Below are positions 51,686 to 64,000 of a stretch of DNA of 64,000 nt, piece by piece. The notes under the pieces are model-generated. The model saw only the letters and a program-made list of their open reading frames with translations. It searched no databases and was not told where the DNA came from. The DNA comes from Lagopus muta (lineage: Eukaryota). Every line of letters starts with the position of its first letter. The first letter of the stretch is position 1. A program made the position numbers and the translations under genes. The DNA is taken from NCBI RefSeq assembly GCF_023343835.1, contig NC_064433.1:177499076-177563075 (forward strand), in the 5' to 3' direction.

Positions 51686-51689
51686 CCCC

Positions 51690-52145
51690 ACACAATCATA
51701 GAATGGTTGGAAGTGACCTTTATGATCATCTAGCTCCAACCCCCTGCTATAGGCAGGGTCACCTCTTTGTAGACCAGGTTGCTCACAGCCCCATCTAGCC
51801 TGGCCCTAAATGTCTCCAGCGAGGGGGCATCCACAACCTCACCAGGCAACCTGTTCCAGTGTCTCACCACCCTCACAAGAATGAATTTCTAATTGCTGCT
51901 TTATCTAAATCTACTCCCTTCCAGTTAAAAGCCATTTCCCCTCATCCTGTTGCTACCTGCCTTTACGAAGAATCCCTCCCCAGCTTTCCTGTAGGCCCCC
52001 TTCAGGTACTGGAAAGCCACAACAAAGTTCCCTTGGAGCCTTCTCCAGGCTGAAGAGCCCCAGCTCTCTCAGTCTGTTCTCATATGGGAGGTGCTCCAGC
52101 CCTCTGATCATCCCTGAGCCCTCCGCTGGACCCACTCCAACAGCT
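51690..52145 (-). mobile_element. CR1 LINE 3' portion
   Basis: cacaatcatagaatggttggaagtgacctttatgatcatctagctccaacc…; antisense ORF …[28 protein letters not shown]…. Confidence 0.85.
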
Positions 52146-53689
52146 CATTTTATTTGGAACTGACAGAAAAGGGAGAACTATTATCTATTTTAAACACACA
52201 CACATCAGTTCCTTTCTTGCACTTATGAGCAAAATGAAGAAATGGAATGGAGCTGGTAACAATTAACACTGACAACAACTGTAAAGAGCAGGTTTTCCGA
52301 AAACCAGGCTTTGAACTTTGCCAGGTGCTAATTGCATACCTATGCTGCATTTACAGATGTGTGAGCAAAGACTCGGTTGGAGAGCTGGAGGCCACAGCAC
52401 ACAATTATCTCTGTCAGGAGCTGAACTTACTTTAACCACATTCCACAACAACCTAGAAGATCTTGTAATACCACTATTCAGAGCATCACAATGACTTCTG
52501 AACAGAAAGCTTTAGATCAACCTACTTTTGTAGAAGAGGAACCCCAGAAATCAGTCTCTTCATTGTTCACAACATCACACAACTCTGCAAAAGCAAGCAT
52601 AGACAGCACTTGACTGTGAGGATTTAAACTGGAGGGCATCTTAACTACTTAGACAATCAGGAATACATAATCACTACAACAGTTTTGCACATAAACTTAG
52701 TGAAGTCAACAGGAATTTGAACACTCACATTTGTGATGGCATATTATGAAAACCTTAAGTCTGGCACATCCGACATGCAGCCTGGCATGGCACAAGATGC
52801 CACCCAAACCCCTGTGAAGTGGCAGCTGTTCTACACCATGCAGCAGCACTGGGCAAACACCCATCGCTCAGCAACAACCAGTCAGTGTGCTATTAACACT
52901 GTGCTGACTGAAACCACCGCACAGGGAGGGCAGTGCTGGCTTGAGAGATGGCAAATAGTTGTTTGCATTTTGAGACATTGGCTAAACACAGCACTCTGAA
53001 CAGAGAAGAATACACAGCCATGCTTCCTGTTTTAATGAAGGAACATGAAAAAAGGTTTGAAGATCACAAAAAAAAAAAAAAAAATGTTTCTGACACTGTT
53101 TCCAATTGATATGAATACCTGCACATTTTCATCTGGAACATTTAGAGCTGCAATTAGACATTCTACTCAGTAATCCAATCATGTCTCTTCATCAGACTTC
53201 AGATATCTCTTAACAGAAGAGAGCATCCTTTGCTTCACCACCACGTCTTATTCATGCCATGGCTTTTTGGCAGTACACACATACGTGAAGAATAATTTTC
53301 ACAGATGAAATAATACACAGATGAGTAAAAAGTCAAAAATCTCCGATGAGCAGCTTATGAATTAGAATTACAGCTACTTCCATTGAACCAGCCTGACTCA
53401 TTAGCTTCAAAAAACAAGGTCAAATATCCCACTTATTTTACACTTTTGATTTTTTTTTTAATTTAAAGAAGAAAAGCGAAGATTAAAATAAGTTTTGTTA
53501 CCCATATACATTAGCTACATTTTATATTTTGTGAGAACTGCTTCAAAACTAACGTCTCCTACTTTATGTTGTTGGCCCACAACATCAGAGGCACATGGTG
53601 GTGCTACAGCAGTAGAGGCTGATCCTTCTCATCAATACTGTTACATCTGTGGCCATGTGACAGATGGCAGCAGAGAGGTGGTCTGACAA

Positions 53690-53935
53690 AATGGCGTCTG
53701 ACATGGAAGTGTGTATGAAGCAAGGATCAATCAGTGAATTCCTCCATGCTAAAAAAACGGCACACACTGACATTCACTGATGCTTGCTGAATGGAGACCA
53801 AACAGTGCATGTGAGCATGGTGAGGCAGTGGGTGATGCATTTCAGCAGTGGTTACAATGGGTCACCTCCACTGGTGCAGACCGTTACAAGCAAAGCACAC
53901 AGGCTCTCGTTCGTGGCTAGGGAAAATGCCTAGCT
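53690..53935 (+). mobile_element. Degenerate mariner/Tc1-like DNA transposon remnant (transposase N-terminal HTH region)
   Basis: Translation MASDMEVCMKQGSISEFLHAKKTAHTDIH* then, frameshifted, CLLNGDQTVHVSMVRQWVMHFSSGYNGSPPLVQTV resembles the mariner N-terminal motif (…L..YG…VS..TV.RW..RF.SGD…RSGRP); stops and frameshifts show decay. Confidence 0.45.
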
Positions 53936-55429
53936 CATTGTTGTGACTGCACTGAAAGACAGAGCTCTGCAGCTGAGAATTTGCTCTGTCAAGCATTGTT
54001 ATCGTGCTCTTCATAGCTGTTCTAATTTCCATAGAAATAAATAGGAAACATTACTTTCAGAGCACGTTTATCCAGCCCAAGACAATTCCTCTTCACCCAA
54101 TGTGGCCCAGCCAAGCCTGAAGGTTGGACATACATTCTGTAAATCCACACATAAATACACACAAAAATTACATGGAAACTACAGAAAACTTACTCGTATT
54201 TAATGACTAGGGTATTATCTGTATGATTAACTGCATAATATTACTGCTACTAATACAAAAGTAGGAAAGTGGAAATAAAAAAGGCTAAAGAAAACACATA
54301 TTCAAAATATGCTGCTATATTAAGAAAAAATCATGTTTTATGAAGTATCTACACGTGCACATACTCAACAGAGTTTACTACTCTTAAGAAAAGGCATCAA
54401 AATAAGTTTAATCACATTTTGCAGCCTACCTACTGTCACTGGGAGACCATAGAGCTGGTGAATGAATAATAAACACTGCACCATGCAAAACTGCTGGAAA
54501 TAAGAGAGCCAAAAATTTACCATTCATATTCATACCTTTTGAGATACAACTCAAGTCACTCCTGCAACTTGGTCCTGCGCAGTCCTCTTCTAGAATCTTA
54601 AGGCATTGCCTTCAGAAATACAGGTTTAAAGCCATTAGGGACACCAACATAACACAAATACTGGTGATTTCCAGCCCTCTTAGAGCACAGCTTGCTCAGT
54701 TTTACCAAATGGCATTACACAGGAGGAAGGAAGGTTCAGTACGTGAGCCACAAACCACAAACTAACAGTTCGTCACCCACAAAGGCAGCACTGGAGGTTT
54801 TAAGGAACAAGATCTCTGCAACCACCACTAGGAAACTGACTGTGTAACAGTACAAATCACATTTATCTTGTATAACTAATTTAACTAATTTTAACTAATG
54901 ATATACTGAACCTGCCAACAGAGCTATCTACTTGCAGGATACATTCAGATCAATGTAAAATACTCATATCCCAATACCTCAGTACTTGAAAACATCCCAA
55001 GACATTCACAACGTTTTCCCCCAAGTCTCCTAAATGCTAAGTGCTCAAGTATACCTGACTGCTAATGTTACAAAGGAAAGTACTCTCACAGCCCAGCACA
55101 GACATTATTATCCACATTCCCTCAGTACTGTTTCCCAGTAATTACACTGTCAGAACTTCGGCCACACTGATCTCACCAGCCTCCAAGGCACACACCTGAC
55201 AGCATTCAGCTTTCTCCTCTTCTGTTCCTCCACATTACCGCCATCCACAGGGTTCTCCTGCTTTCCTCGCAGCATGTCGTCACACTTTCAACAGGAAAAA
55301 AGAAAAAAAGTGACAAACGCGCACAACGCACACACTTCTCATCCAACACTGCTGGCTACATCCCGTGGCAAGGCTTAAAGGGAAGAGACGCAGTTCTAGA
55401 AAACACCTGTTTTATCCTTGAAAATAAAG

Positions 55430-55800
55430 CCTTCTGAATGTAAGAGGAGCGGAGAGAGGCGGTCTCTCCTCTCCGCCGGCGCCCGGAGCCCCACCGCTAC
55501 CGCAGGGCTGCCCAGCGTCCACCCGCACCTCCACAGCGCTCGTCACGGCGACGCCTACCCACACGCCTCACACCGCCGGTCGCGCACCAAAGCACTGACG
55601 GCGCCACCAATCACCGAGCGCCTCGTCCGTCCTTGCTCGCGGCGCAGCCAATCCCAGCGAGGCGGGAAGGCGGTTGCTGTGGGCCGCGCGGGAAGAGTTC
55701 GCCGCGGCGCTGTGAGGTGCTGCCCGGCCTCGCCTCCTCCTTCCCCCTTTCCCCACCGCAGGTCGGCTGCAAAGGGTGAGGCTCTTCGGTGAAAACGAGG
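55430..55800. promoter_or_regulatory. RNF17: CpG island (very GC/CpG-rich ~370 bp), presumed RNF17 promoter / 5'UTR–first exon
   Basis: Dense CpG (ccgccggcgcccggagcc…cgcggcgctgtgagg) where the RNF17 5' end is expected; flanking DNA is AT-rich. Confidence 0.5.
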
Positions 55801-55864
55801 CGTTGCCAAGGCTCAGAGCCGTCAAGTCGTACTTTGGGGTTACTGTTTTCCATACACGTTCTCA

Positions 55865-56110
55865 TTTCTTTCAGAACAGGAATCACAGAGTCATTAGGGT
55901 TAGAATAGACCACTGAGATCACTTAGTCCATCCACCAGCCCATTCCCACTGTGCTCACTAACCATGGCCCTCAGTGCCACATCTCCATGGTTTTTGAATA
56001 CCTCCAGGGACAGTGACTGCACCAGCTCCCTGGGCAGCCTGTGCCACTGCCTCACCATGCTTTCTGAGAAGAAATATCCAACCTGAACCTCCTCTGGCAC
56101 AACTTTCAGT
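55865..56110 (-). mobile_element. CR1 3' fragment
   Basis: gaatcacagagtcattagggttagaatagaccactgagatcacttagtccatccacc…. Confidence 0.75.
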
Positions 56111-56264
56111 GTTTTACCATTCCTGTTTTAGCTATCATAAAATTAGCATGCTTCCACATTTCTATTTAATTCACAAATATGAAAACACAGCTAACACCAC
56201 TTATATCGCCTTTCAGTTTTAGAAGCTTTTCTTGCCAAATCATAAGCCAAGCCAGATTTCAAAG

Positions 56265-56400
56265 AGAATCACAGAATCATAGCATTCACAAGGTTGGCAA
56301 TGACCTGCAAGATCATCTAGTCCAGCCATCCTCCAATTTCCGTTGCTACTACAAGCCTCTAAACCAAGAGGCAGGTTACCTAACAAGACCTTGATTATCT
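56265..56400 (-). mobile_element. CR1 3' fragment
   Basis: gaatcacagaatcatagcattcacaaggttggcaatgacctgcaagatcatctagtccagcc. Confidence 0.7.
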
Positions 56401-56539
56401 GTGTCTTTCCACTGTTCACATGGTAAAAGTTTTCTTCTGAAGCCCTTAAGTGTACCAAATGTTTCTTAGACTGGAGCTTTGACAAAGAAAATAAAGCAGA
56501 ATTGAAAACATCACATGATGTCTTCTTAGGTTTCTTTTT

Positions 56540-56950
56540 TCACTACAGAATCATTTGAGTTGGAAGAAACCTTTAGAGGCCACCTAGTCCAACTCCCCTG
56601 CCACGAACAGGGACACCTACAATTCCATGAGGTGCTCAGAGCCCCATCCAGCCTGACTTTGAGTGTCTCCAGGGATGGGGCATCCACCACCTCTCTGGGC
56701 AACCTATGCCAGTGCCTCACAACCCTTACTGTGAAAAGCTTTTTCCAATCGAATCCAATCTAAATCTCCTCTCTTTTAGTTGGAAACCATTTCCCCTTGT
56801 CTTATAGCAACAGACCTTGCTAAAGAATGTCTCCCTTCTTATACCCCCCTTTAGATACTGAAAGGTTGCTCTCAGGTCTCCCTGGAGCCTTCTCTTCTGC
56901 GGGCTGAACAGCCACATCTCTTTTAGCCTGTCCTCATAGGATTGTTCCAT
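56540..56950 (-). mobile_element. CR1 LINE 3' portion
   Basis: cactacagaatcatttgagttggaagaaacctttagaggccacctagtccaac…; antisense ORF …RLKEMWLFSPQKRRLQGDL…. Confidence 0.8.
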
Positions 56951-57239
56951 TCCTTGAGTACTTCAATGGAAAAAAAAAAATACTTAAAAAGAGCAGCAAA
57001 GTTCCACATCAAACAATCCTATGGTACTACATTCTCACCTGCTTTTAGTAAAATAAAACCAGGTGAGCATGAATGTTACAGTTGCACCTGAATGTGCTTT
57101 CCAGCATGATTTGTTTGTGAAGAATGGAAATTTCTAGGAGTTATCCTAAGCTGATTCAGCAATTTATGCAAGAAGCCCTCTTTGTTAACCAGGACATGAT
57201 TAAACTCAAGAAAAACTGGTCCATGCATTTAAATGATCT

Positions 57240-57330
57240 AGTATTAAATGGGGAGATTGGTGGCCCTGCCTGTGGCAGGGGGGTTGGAGATTCATGATCC
57301 TAAAGGTCTGTTTCAACCTGGGCTATTCTG
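57240..57330 (+). mobile_element. Short CR1 3'-end fragment
   Basis: …ggttggagattcatgatcctaaaggtctgtttcaacctgggctattctgtg. Confidence 0.55.
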
Positions 57331-59939
57331 TGTTTCCATGAAAACACCAGATTATACTCCGGTTTTGAAGAGAGATTCCCAAATACCTTCCCTTTCCAGA
57401 TAGCTCCAGCAATTTCACAAGCCGCTGTCTTTTAGTTCTGCGTTTCTGTCAGCATACAGATGGCATCTTCAACATCTAGACTCAGAAAGTGGCCTACTTT
57501 TAACTTTCCACCTTGATTTGGAGCTACCATCTTTTCAATGAGATGTTTCTACACAGAGGTAGCTGGCAAACTGCAATGTAAAAATAAAGGTACATCACTG
57601 CAAAACCAAACCCACCCACAGTACATCAAAAATGTACTAGAGACTTCTGTAAAATATTTTCAAAAGACATGGGTGAGAACTGAAGTACATATTGGCATCA
57701 AAATTCGTAGACTCAACTTAGATACAAATTCTATGGCACATTATCATTTCCACATCTTTGCTTAGCTCGTGTTTGACTACTCCCATAGGAGTTAATCCCC
57801 CTTTTTTACTATAAATCCCAGTTGACTTTTCCTTTAGATTGTCCAACCAGTTATCACAATGAAGTTAGTATCTAAGGAGTTTTCTCACCTTCTCTTTAGC
57901 TTTAAAAATTGCTTCCTCTAGTTCAAACTTGAGAAATGAATTGTGAACATGAAATTTGCCCTCATATTCTATACTCTGAGCTAATTTCTTGTAAAAAAAA
58001 AACCCAACAACCAACCAAAAATGTCTAATAAATGTTACTTAATAACATGGTGAATACTGGACGATGGGTTAAATGTAGGGCAGATAATGTCAGATTGGTT
58101 TGGCATGTACCTCAGACAGTGAAATGATGGGAAAGATTTTCTGTGTTCAAGGTCTGAATGCAATCTGAAACTGAGAGTGCCTAAAATTGTCTAGAAAGCA
58201 GCCCAACTGGCTCATTGATGAGAAGTCTAGTTTGGCCTACTTAGCTCTTTGATTAAATGATAGCTCATCCTTGCTTTTCTTTTAACTTTAGTTGCATTTA
58301 ACAAATGAATGAACAACAGGAAAAAGTGTTTGTATTATTTAAAAGTTTATGCTGTTTTTAGTATATCATTATATTTTTAATTGCTAGTTAAAATTCATAA
58401 AAATATAGCTATGCTTATCTCCCATAAATTGGAAAGAATTAGAGAATACATACATATACATCATTCTATCATGTGTATCTTGTTTGTATGTATGTCAACA
58501 TGTACCTAAAATAATAAACATGTAGTTCATCTCTTCCTTCAGTTTTGTGTCCATGCCATTCTGAGAATACGAAGACAACATGGTGGCAACATGGTTTAAT
58601 GTTTTAGAACAGACAACAGTAATTATTATTATTTAGTTATTATTATTTATTATCTATCTATTAGATTATAGATTCTGCTATAGATTATAGCAGAATAGAA
58701 TGAACATTTTCTAATTGTGAAATTGGCTGTTGAGTGAGCATTACCGTGAATTCCTGGTTCTACACTCCAATACTTAAAATGCTATATAAAAGGTCAGTCT
58801 ATTTGGGAGCCACAAGATGGCAGCATGGATTAACTGCGGGTGGACTCACTTGAGAGTGATCTCATCCACCTCTGTAGCTTTGTCTACAGTAGCAATTACA
58901 ATATAGTATAATGGTAACACTGAACAGACTATTTTCGTTGGTATAAACAGCATGGTTATATATAAAGATCGTAGTCAAATCTAGATTGAAAACATATATC
59001 TATTCTGTAGGTCATCTTTCCAGCCAGGAACATACAGCACCCTTTTTTCCCATCCTGTACATCTTGTCCTTTCTCAGAATAAAATTTGCTTTCTAAACTT
59101 AACCACAGAATGCACTAAAGATGGACAGTATTTTTTTTTTTCCTTTTGTTATTTTTTTTTCTTTTTGTCAGATTCTGGAAATACGTCTTTGTTATTTGGT
59201 ATGTAATCACTATGGAAAGCAGAAAAAGTTTTCCCCTGAATGTTGTGGGAAGGGCTACACGTGTTTGAAGAATGGAGACTAAAAGCAATGTTTAGAAATG
59301 TCTGTGCATAGGGGATGTGCAGGTTTATTGGAAGAATAATTTTATCAGTGATTGCAGAGGATTAATGTTTGAATTGTCCACTTTCTTCTGAGGCTTACAC
59401 AGGCTAGACAAGTAATCTCAGGACATTATGGTGCCTAATAGAAAGAAGCTGATACCTGAGGGAGCACACTGTACTTGGTCACAAGTCATCACTCACAGTT
59501 TCTGGTTCATGCTATTTTTAATTTCCTTTCTGAAGTATCCCAGAAAGTGTCCTACAAAAGAGATCAGACTTGCAAAGAATGTCAAGGGTTTTTTTTTTTT
59601 TTTGTTTTGTTTGTTTTTTTGTTTTTTAGTTAACCAGTATCTACATATTAGTGATTTCTAAAATGGCCCAATTTGCCTAATTTCTTCTGTGCACCTTCTG
59701 TGAAGTTTCTATCACCATAAGTAGCTGACTTATACAACAGTATTAGCTACCTACTGTCATTCAAACACACATTCATGTGTACTCATCTTCAGCCACCAGT
59801 GGTGAGAGCCATCAGTTGCTCTCACCACTGTGCCCAAACAGACTTTTCAGGATCAGTTAAGTTTGATATATACCTGTGTTGTTTCTGAAAAGGAAAGTAT
59901 TGCCTTTTTCTGGTCCCAGATGTATATTTACCCTTCCTT

Positions 59940-60745
59940 GTGTTACCACTACATTTCTAGGCCAAGTGCCAGATCCGACACTTTGGCCACAACAACCCCA
60001 TGCAGCACTACAGGCTTGGGGATGAGTGGCTGGATGAGTGTGAAGAGGAAAGGGACCTGGGGGTGTTGTTTGATGCGTGGCTGAACATGAGCCAGCAGTG
60101 TGCCCAGGTGGCCAAGAGGGCCAACGGCATCCTGGCCTGCATTAGAGATAGTGTGGCCAGAAAGAGCAGGGAGGTGATCATCCCCCTGTACTCAGCACTG
60201 GTGAGGCCGCACCTCAAGTATGTGTTCATTTTTTCAGCCCCTCACAAGACACTGAGGCCCTGGAACGTTTACAGAGAAGGGCAATGAATCTGGTGAGGAG
60301 TCTGGACCACAGGCCTTATGAGGAGTGGCTGAGGGAGCTGGGAGGATTGTTTAGTCTGGAGAAGAGGAGGCTCAGGGGAGACCTGATTGCATTCTACAAC
60401 TGCATGAAGGGAGGTTGTGATGAGGAGGGGTTTGGCCTCTTCTCCCAGGCAACAAACAGGACCTGAGGAGGTGGCCACAAGTTGTACCAGAGGAGGTTTA
60501 GATTAGACATAAGGAAGAACCTTTTCTCTCAGAGAATGGTCAGGCACTGGAATGGCTGCCCAGGGAGGTGGTGGAGTCGCCGTCCCTGGCAGTGTTCAAG
60601 AGGCATCTGGATGAGGAGCTACGAGAGATGGTTTAGTGCTTGTGGTAGCAAGGGCAGTGGGAGGACAGTTGGACTAGATGATCTTGAAGGTTCTTTCCAA
60701 CCTTGTGATTTTATGATTCTATGATTCTATGATTCTATGATTCTG
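59940..60745 (+). mobile_element. CR1 LINE, 5'-truncated copy (ORF2 C-terminus + 3'UTR with (ATTCTATG)4 terminus)
   Basis: ORFs …[51 protein letters not shown]… / …[23 protein letters not shown]… / …[17 protein letters not shown]…; ends gtgattttatgattctatgattctatgattctatgattctgg. Confidence 0.9.
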
Positions 60746-63049
60746 GAACTGTGCAGTGAGCTGGATCCATATGTTGCAGTTATGTAACTGTTTAGATCAC
60801 CCACAATTCTTGCACATTCTTTCTTTCCATTTGACAATGCAGTCTGTGGCTGTTCTCAGTCGGCATTTCCGCATACTAACAGTTACTTACTGCTTATATT
60901 GAGTAGCTGTTATGTATCTAATTTTCTACTAATGAAATTAATAATATGCCAGGTATCCTTTTCTCACCCACCCTGACAGTTAAAACAAACCATCTGTAAG
61001 TGTAATGAAGGAGAGTTTGGTCCTTCAGTGCTGATCATAGACTGCTTTCATTACATGCATTTTTTTTTTCCTGACTGAAGCAGAGTGTAAGAAATTTGGT
61101 AAATCTGTCTCCAGATGTATTAACAAGAAATATGGCATGAAAACTCATGGTTATAAAAGCTTTTGATTAAAAATATTACTGTGATTTTTATAGGATGCCT
61201 TTCACATTTGAATCAAGCTTCGATCCCTTAACATTCCTCTTACAAGCTTTTTTTTGTGACTGTGACATAGTACTTTTTGTTGAACTTCCAGCTGGTTTTC
61301 CATGTAGGAAAATGGCAGCCAGAGGTTGGCCTGTGACTTAGCTTTGTATGTTGTGCTCAGCTGCCAAATCTGGGAGCCCAGCAGAGGTAAGATTTCATCT
61401 CCATGTCTCCAAGTCTATCCAATAGCAAGGCTGAGCATGTATTCCCAATTTGATTTACTATTCGAAAGACTATGACCACACCATATGAATAGGGGAAAGA
61501 CATCTGGAAAGAAAGAGTATTTAAACAAGAAGAAAACCTTTTTCTATCTTCATCATTCAACTTCTAAAACTTATTTGTTTAGCAAGACACAAATTTGGGT
61601 CCAGATATAGAAAGGATATCAGAGAGACTGCAGGGCCTTGTGGGGTCTAATTGAAGGCTTTGTGTAGTCACTGAAGTTTGTCTGGCATTTTGTGGATTAT
61701 ATTTATGTGTGTAAAGATCTTGACATCTTTCCGAAATGCAGGTTGTATACAGCCACAGGAAATAAAATTGCATCCCAAATTGTGAACCAAGCTTTACCTT
61801 TGGTCTTTAAAATGTTTAAGAAACTTGGTTTCACATTAAAAATCCATCTGAGATTCTTCTTCATGAAATGTTCTTTTTTTTCCCCTCCAAATCTTTGGAG
61901 TGTAAATTACTGTTTAGTTAGTACAGCAGACAAAAAAAAGTGTGTGTTCTTTGGTTCTAAACACATAACTGAGAGGAACACGCTGGTGAGTAGGCTTGTA
62001 ATTTGTTTTCACTCAATCATACAGGGTAACTTTAAGCTTCTCCTTTATTGTTCAGATCATTTTAAAACGTAGCTCTAAAATGCTAAAAGTACACAGAGTC
62101 TTCAGGAAACTTTACTAGAGCCTAAAGAATAGCAGTATGTGAATAGTATGTGAACCCAAAACAGAAAAATGCCAAGCAACACTTTTTGGAAATAAATATT
62201 TCAACTGCTTATGTGTGTGTGTGTTCCAAAAGGACTATAAACTCTTCAGGAAAAAGAAAACTAGAGCATGGCACCATGCAACTGCTTTCACAAATCAAGT
62301 ATGTTGATGGATGACATTAATAATGATTTTATTATCTGTGGAATAGAATGTTGCAGAAAATATTATAATACACAATGCTGTAAAGACTGCATGTAGTTTT
62401 GACTGCCTTATTTCTGCACATGCTTGGAGGAACAACTCCAGCTGTGTTTTACATAATTTGTTTGCAAAACAGTGAAGAAATGGTAATCCAGGCAGCCAGG
62501 TGCCCTGGTAACCTTTTCAGTCCACAATGAAGCTTGCAGTTTTTTCATGTATTACTGTCCAAACTAACTGGATCGAAGGTAGTTATACACATATTGCAAC
62601 CACATGCCACAAATGTGATTGTTTTTCAAAGATGAAAATTATTAGCCAGTCAAAATCAGTGGTCTTGGAGCCAAAGGCTTAAGAAAAACATAAGCACTCT
62701 GAGAAACAGATGTGGTCTCTTCTTGAATCCTTAGAAATTATGTGTGAAAAACATGAGAGATTTAGCTTAAACCTTCACTGCAACTTTTTGTGTAGAGGTA
62801 ACCAGAATGCCTCACCTGCAGAGAAACTATTTCTCCTCTCCGTTCTCTTTCGGTGTCTTTCTGAGTCAACATCTGTGCACCGTATACCATGATGGATGCT
62901 GAGATGAATGCATGATATGGCCCTATGAATAAGATAACTCCCAACAGTCACTGAGCAAGATAGTAATACTGTTTTTATTTGCTAAAATAGAAGGAATGTG
63001 AGGTTAGAAAGCTGGACCAGGAGTGGTTCAGATTGTGTATTAGGAAAAA

Positions 63050-64000
63050 TGTATCTACTGTTTAAACACTGCAACTGACTCTCATCTAGGGTGAGATCAC
63101 ATGGCATGTGTGTGGAGTCCAGAGGATCAGACCCAGCCAGCACGGGTTCATGAAAGGCAGGTCATGCTCAACCAACCTCATGTCCTTCTATGACTGGGTG
63201 ACCAGACTGGTAGACGAGGGAAAGGCTGTTGATGTAGTCTACCTAGACTTCAGCAAAGCCTTTGACATGGTTTCTCACAGTATTGTTCTGGAGAAACTGG
63301 CTGCCTGTGGCCTGGACAGGTACACCCTTCCTTGGGTAAGGAACTGGCTAGAGGGCCGTGCCCAACAGGTAGTGGTTAATGGAGTTAGGTCCAGCTGGCA
63401 ATCTGTTACAAGTGGTATCCCCTTGGGGTCGGTACTACAATATCTTTATTGATGACCTAAATGAAGAGATTGAGTGCACCCTCAGTAAGTTTGCAGTAAG
63501 TTTGCAGATGACACCAATTTTGGAGGTGGTGTCGATCTGCCTGAGGGTAGGGAGGCTCTTCATAGGTATCTAGATAAGCTGGATCACTGGGCTGAGGTGA
63601 ATGGGATGAGGTTCAACAAGGCCAAGTGCCAGGTCCTGCACTTTAGCCACAATAACCCCATGCAGTTTGATGCATGGCTGAACATGAGTCAGCAGTGTGC
63701 CCAGGTGGCCAAGAGGGCCAACGGCATCCTGGCCTGCATTAGAAATACTGTGGTCAGCAGCAGCAGGGAGGCGATCATCCCCCTCTACTCAGCTCTGGTG
63801 AGCTCACACCTTGAGTACTGTGTTCATTTTTGGGCCCCTCACTACAAGAAAGACATTGAGGCCCTGGAACGTTTACAGAGAAGGGCAATGAAACTGATGA
63901 GGGGTCTGGAGCAGAAGTCTTATGAGGAGTGGCTGAGGGAGCTGGGATTATTTAGTCTGGAGAAGAGGAGGCTCAGGGGAGACCTGATTGCATTCTACAA
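63050..64000 (+). mobile_element. CR1 LINE copy containing reverse-transcriptase domain through ORF2 C-terminus (cut by window end); inactivated
   Basis: RT motifs FMKGRSCSTNL, VVYLDFSKAFDMVSH; frameshifts, a 12-nt tandem duplication (63466-63500) and a ~60-nt internal deletion relative to the 59940 copy. Confidence 0.9.

Larger units (their letters stand above)
11970..55800 (-). other. RNF17: RNF17 (TDRD4) gene, apparently complete: RING/coiled-coil N-terminus near 45-47.6 kb, five extended Tudor domains, stop at 11970-11972
   Basis: Long phase-consistent minus-strand exon chain; Tudor cores (ACIARHKSGNWYRAQIIG…[61 protein letters not shown]…VQFVDYGN) and Tudor C-terminal motifs (KCRLAYIEP, VQAVHAMLAGFKP); convergent with CENPJ as in conserved vertebrate synteny. 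Confidence 0.8.

Noticed and set aside
55418-55922. Several 85-125 aa ORFs on both strands (e.g. MKIKPSECKRSGERRSLLSAGARSPTAT…, MATPRFHRRASPFAADL…)
   Set aside because: They lie in the CpG island. Their R/A/P/G-rich composition and ORFs open on both strands are typical GC-content artefacts. None has splice context or domain content.
1-64000. Prokaryotic-style novelty (defence islands, CRISPR arrays, operons, toxin–antitoxin pairs)
   Set aside because: The window contains spliced genes, CR1 LINEs, a CpG island and microsatellites. No gene-dense, co-oriented ORF clusters, RBS spacing or repeat-spacer arrays are present. The window is vertebrate nuclear DNA.

Overview
This window is vertebrate (avian-type) chromosomal DNA, not a prokaryotic locus. 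It holds two convergently transcribed protein-coding genes and many CR1 LINE fragments. I found no operon-like or defence-system architecture and no new biological system. The main oddity is an apparent frameshift inside an RNF17 coding exon.

**Why avian.** CR1 (chicken-repeat-1) LINE fragments recur across the window, with their diagnostic (ATTCTRTG)n 3' ends and ORF2 peptides such as FMKGRSC/YLDFSKAFD and RHWNRLPREVV-like tails.

**Genes.**
- **CENPJ/CPAP (+ strand, ~878–8140):** the 3' half of the gene. It carries the coiled-coil exons and the complete C-terminal G-box/TCP10 repeat region (YPDG-repeat beta-sheet). The stop codon is at 8024–8026.
- **RNF17/TDRD4 (− strand, ~55.8 kb down to ~11.97 kb):** a multi-Tudor germline gene. 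I reconstructed more than 28 coding exons that are mutually consistent in splice phase. They encode five extended Tudor domains. A CpG island at ~55.4–55.8 kb marks the presumed promoter.
- This CENPJ/RNF17 tail-to-tail arrangement matches the conserved vertebrate synteny.

**Other elements.** A degenerate mariner-like transposase remnant and several long homopolymer/microsatellite tracts.

**Caveats.** Exon boundaries come from splice-site motifs, reading-frame phase and remembered protein homology. Each coordinate may be off by 1–2 nt.
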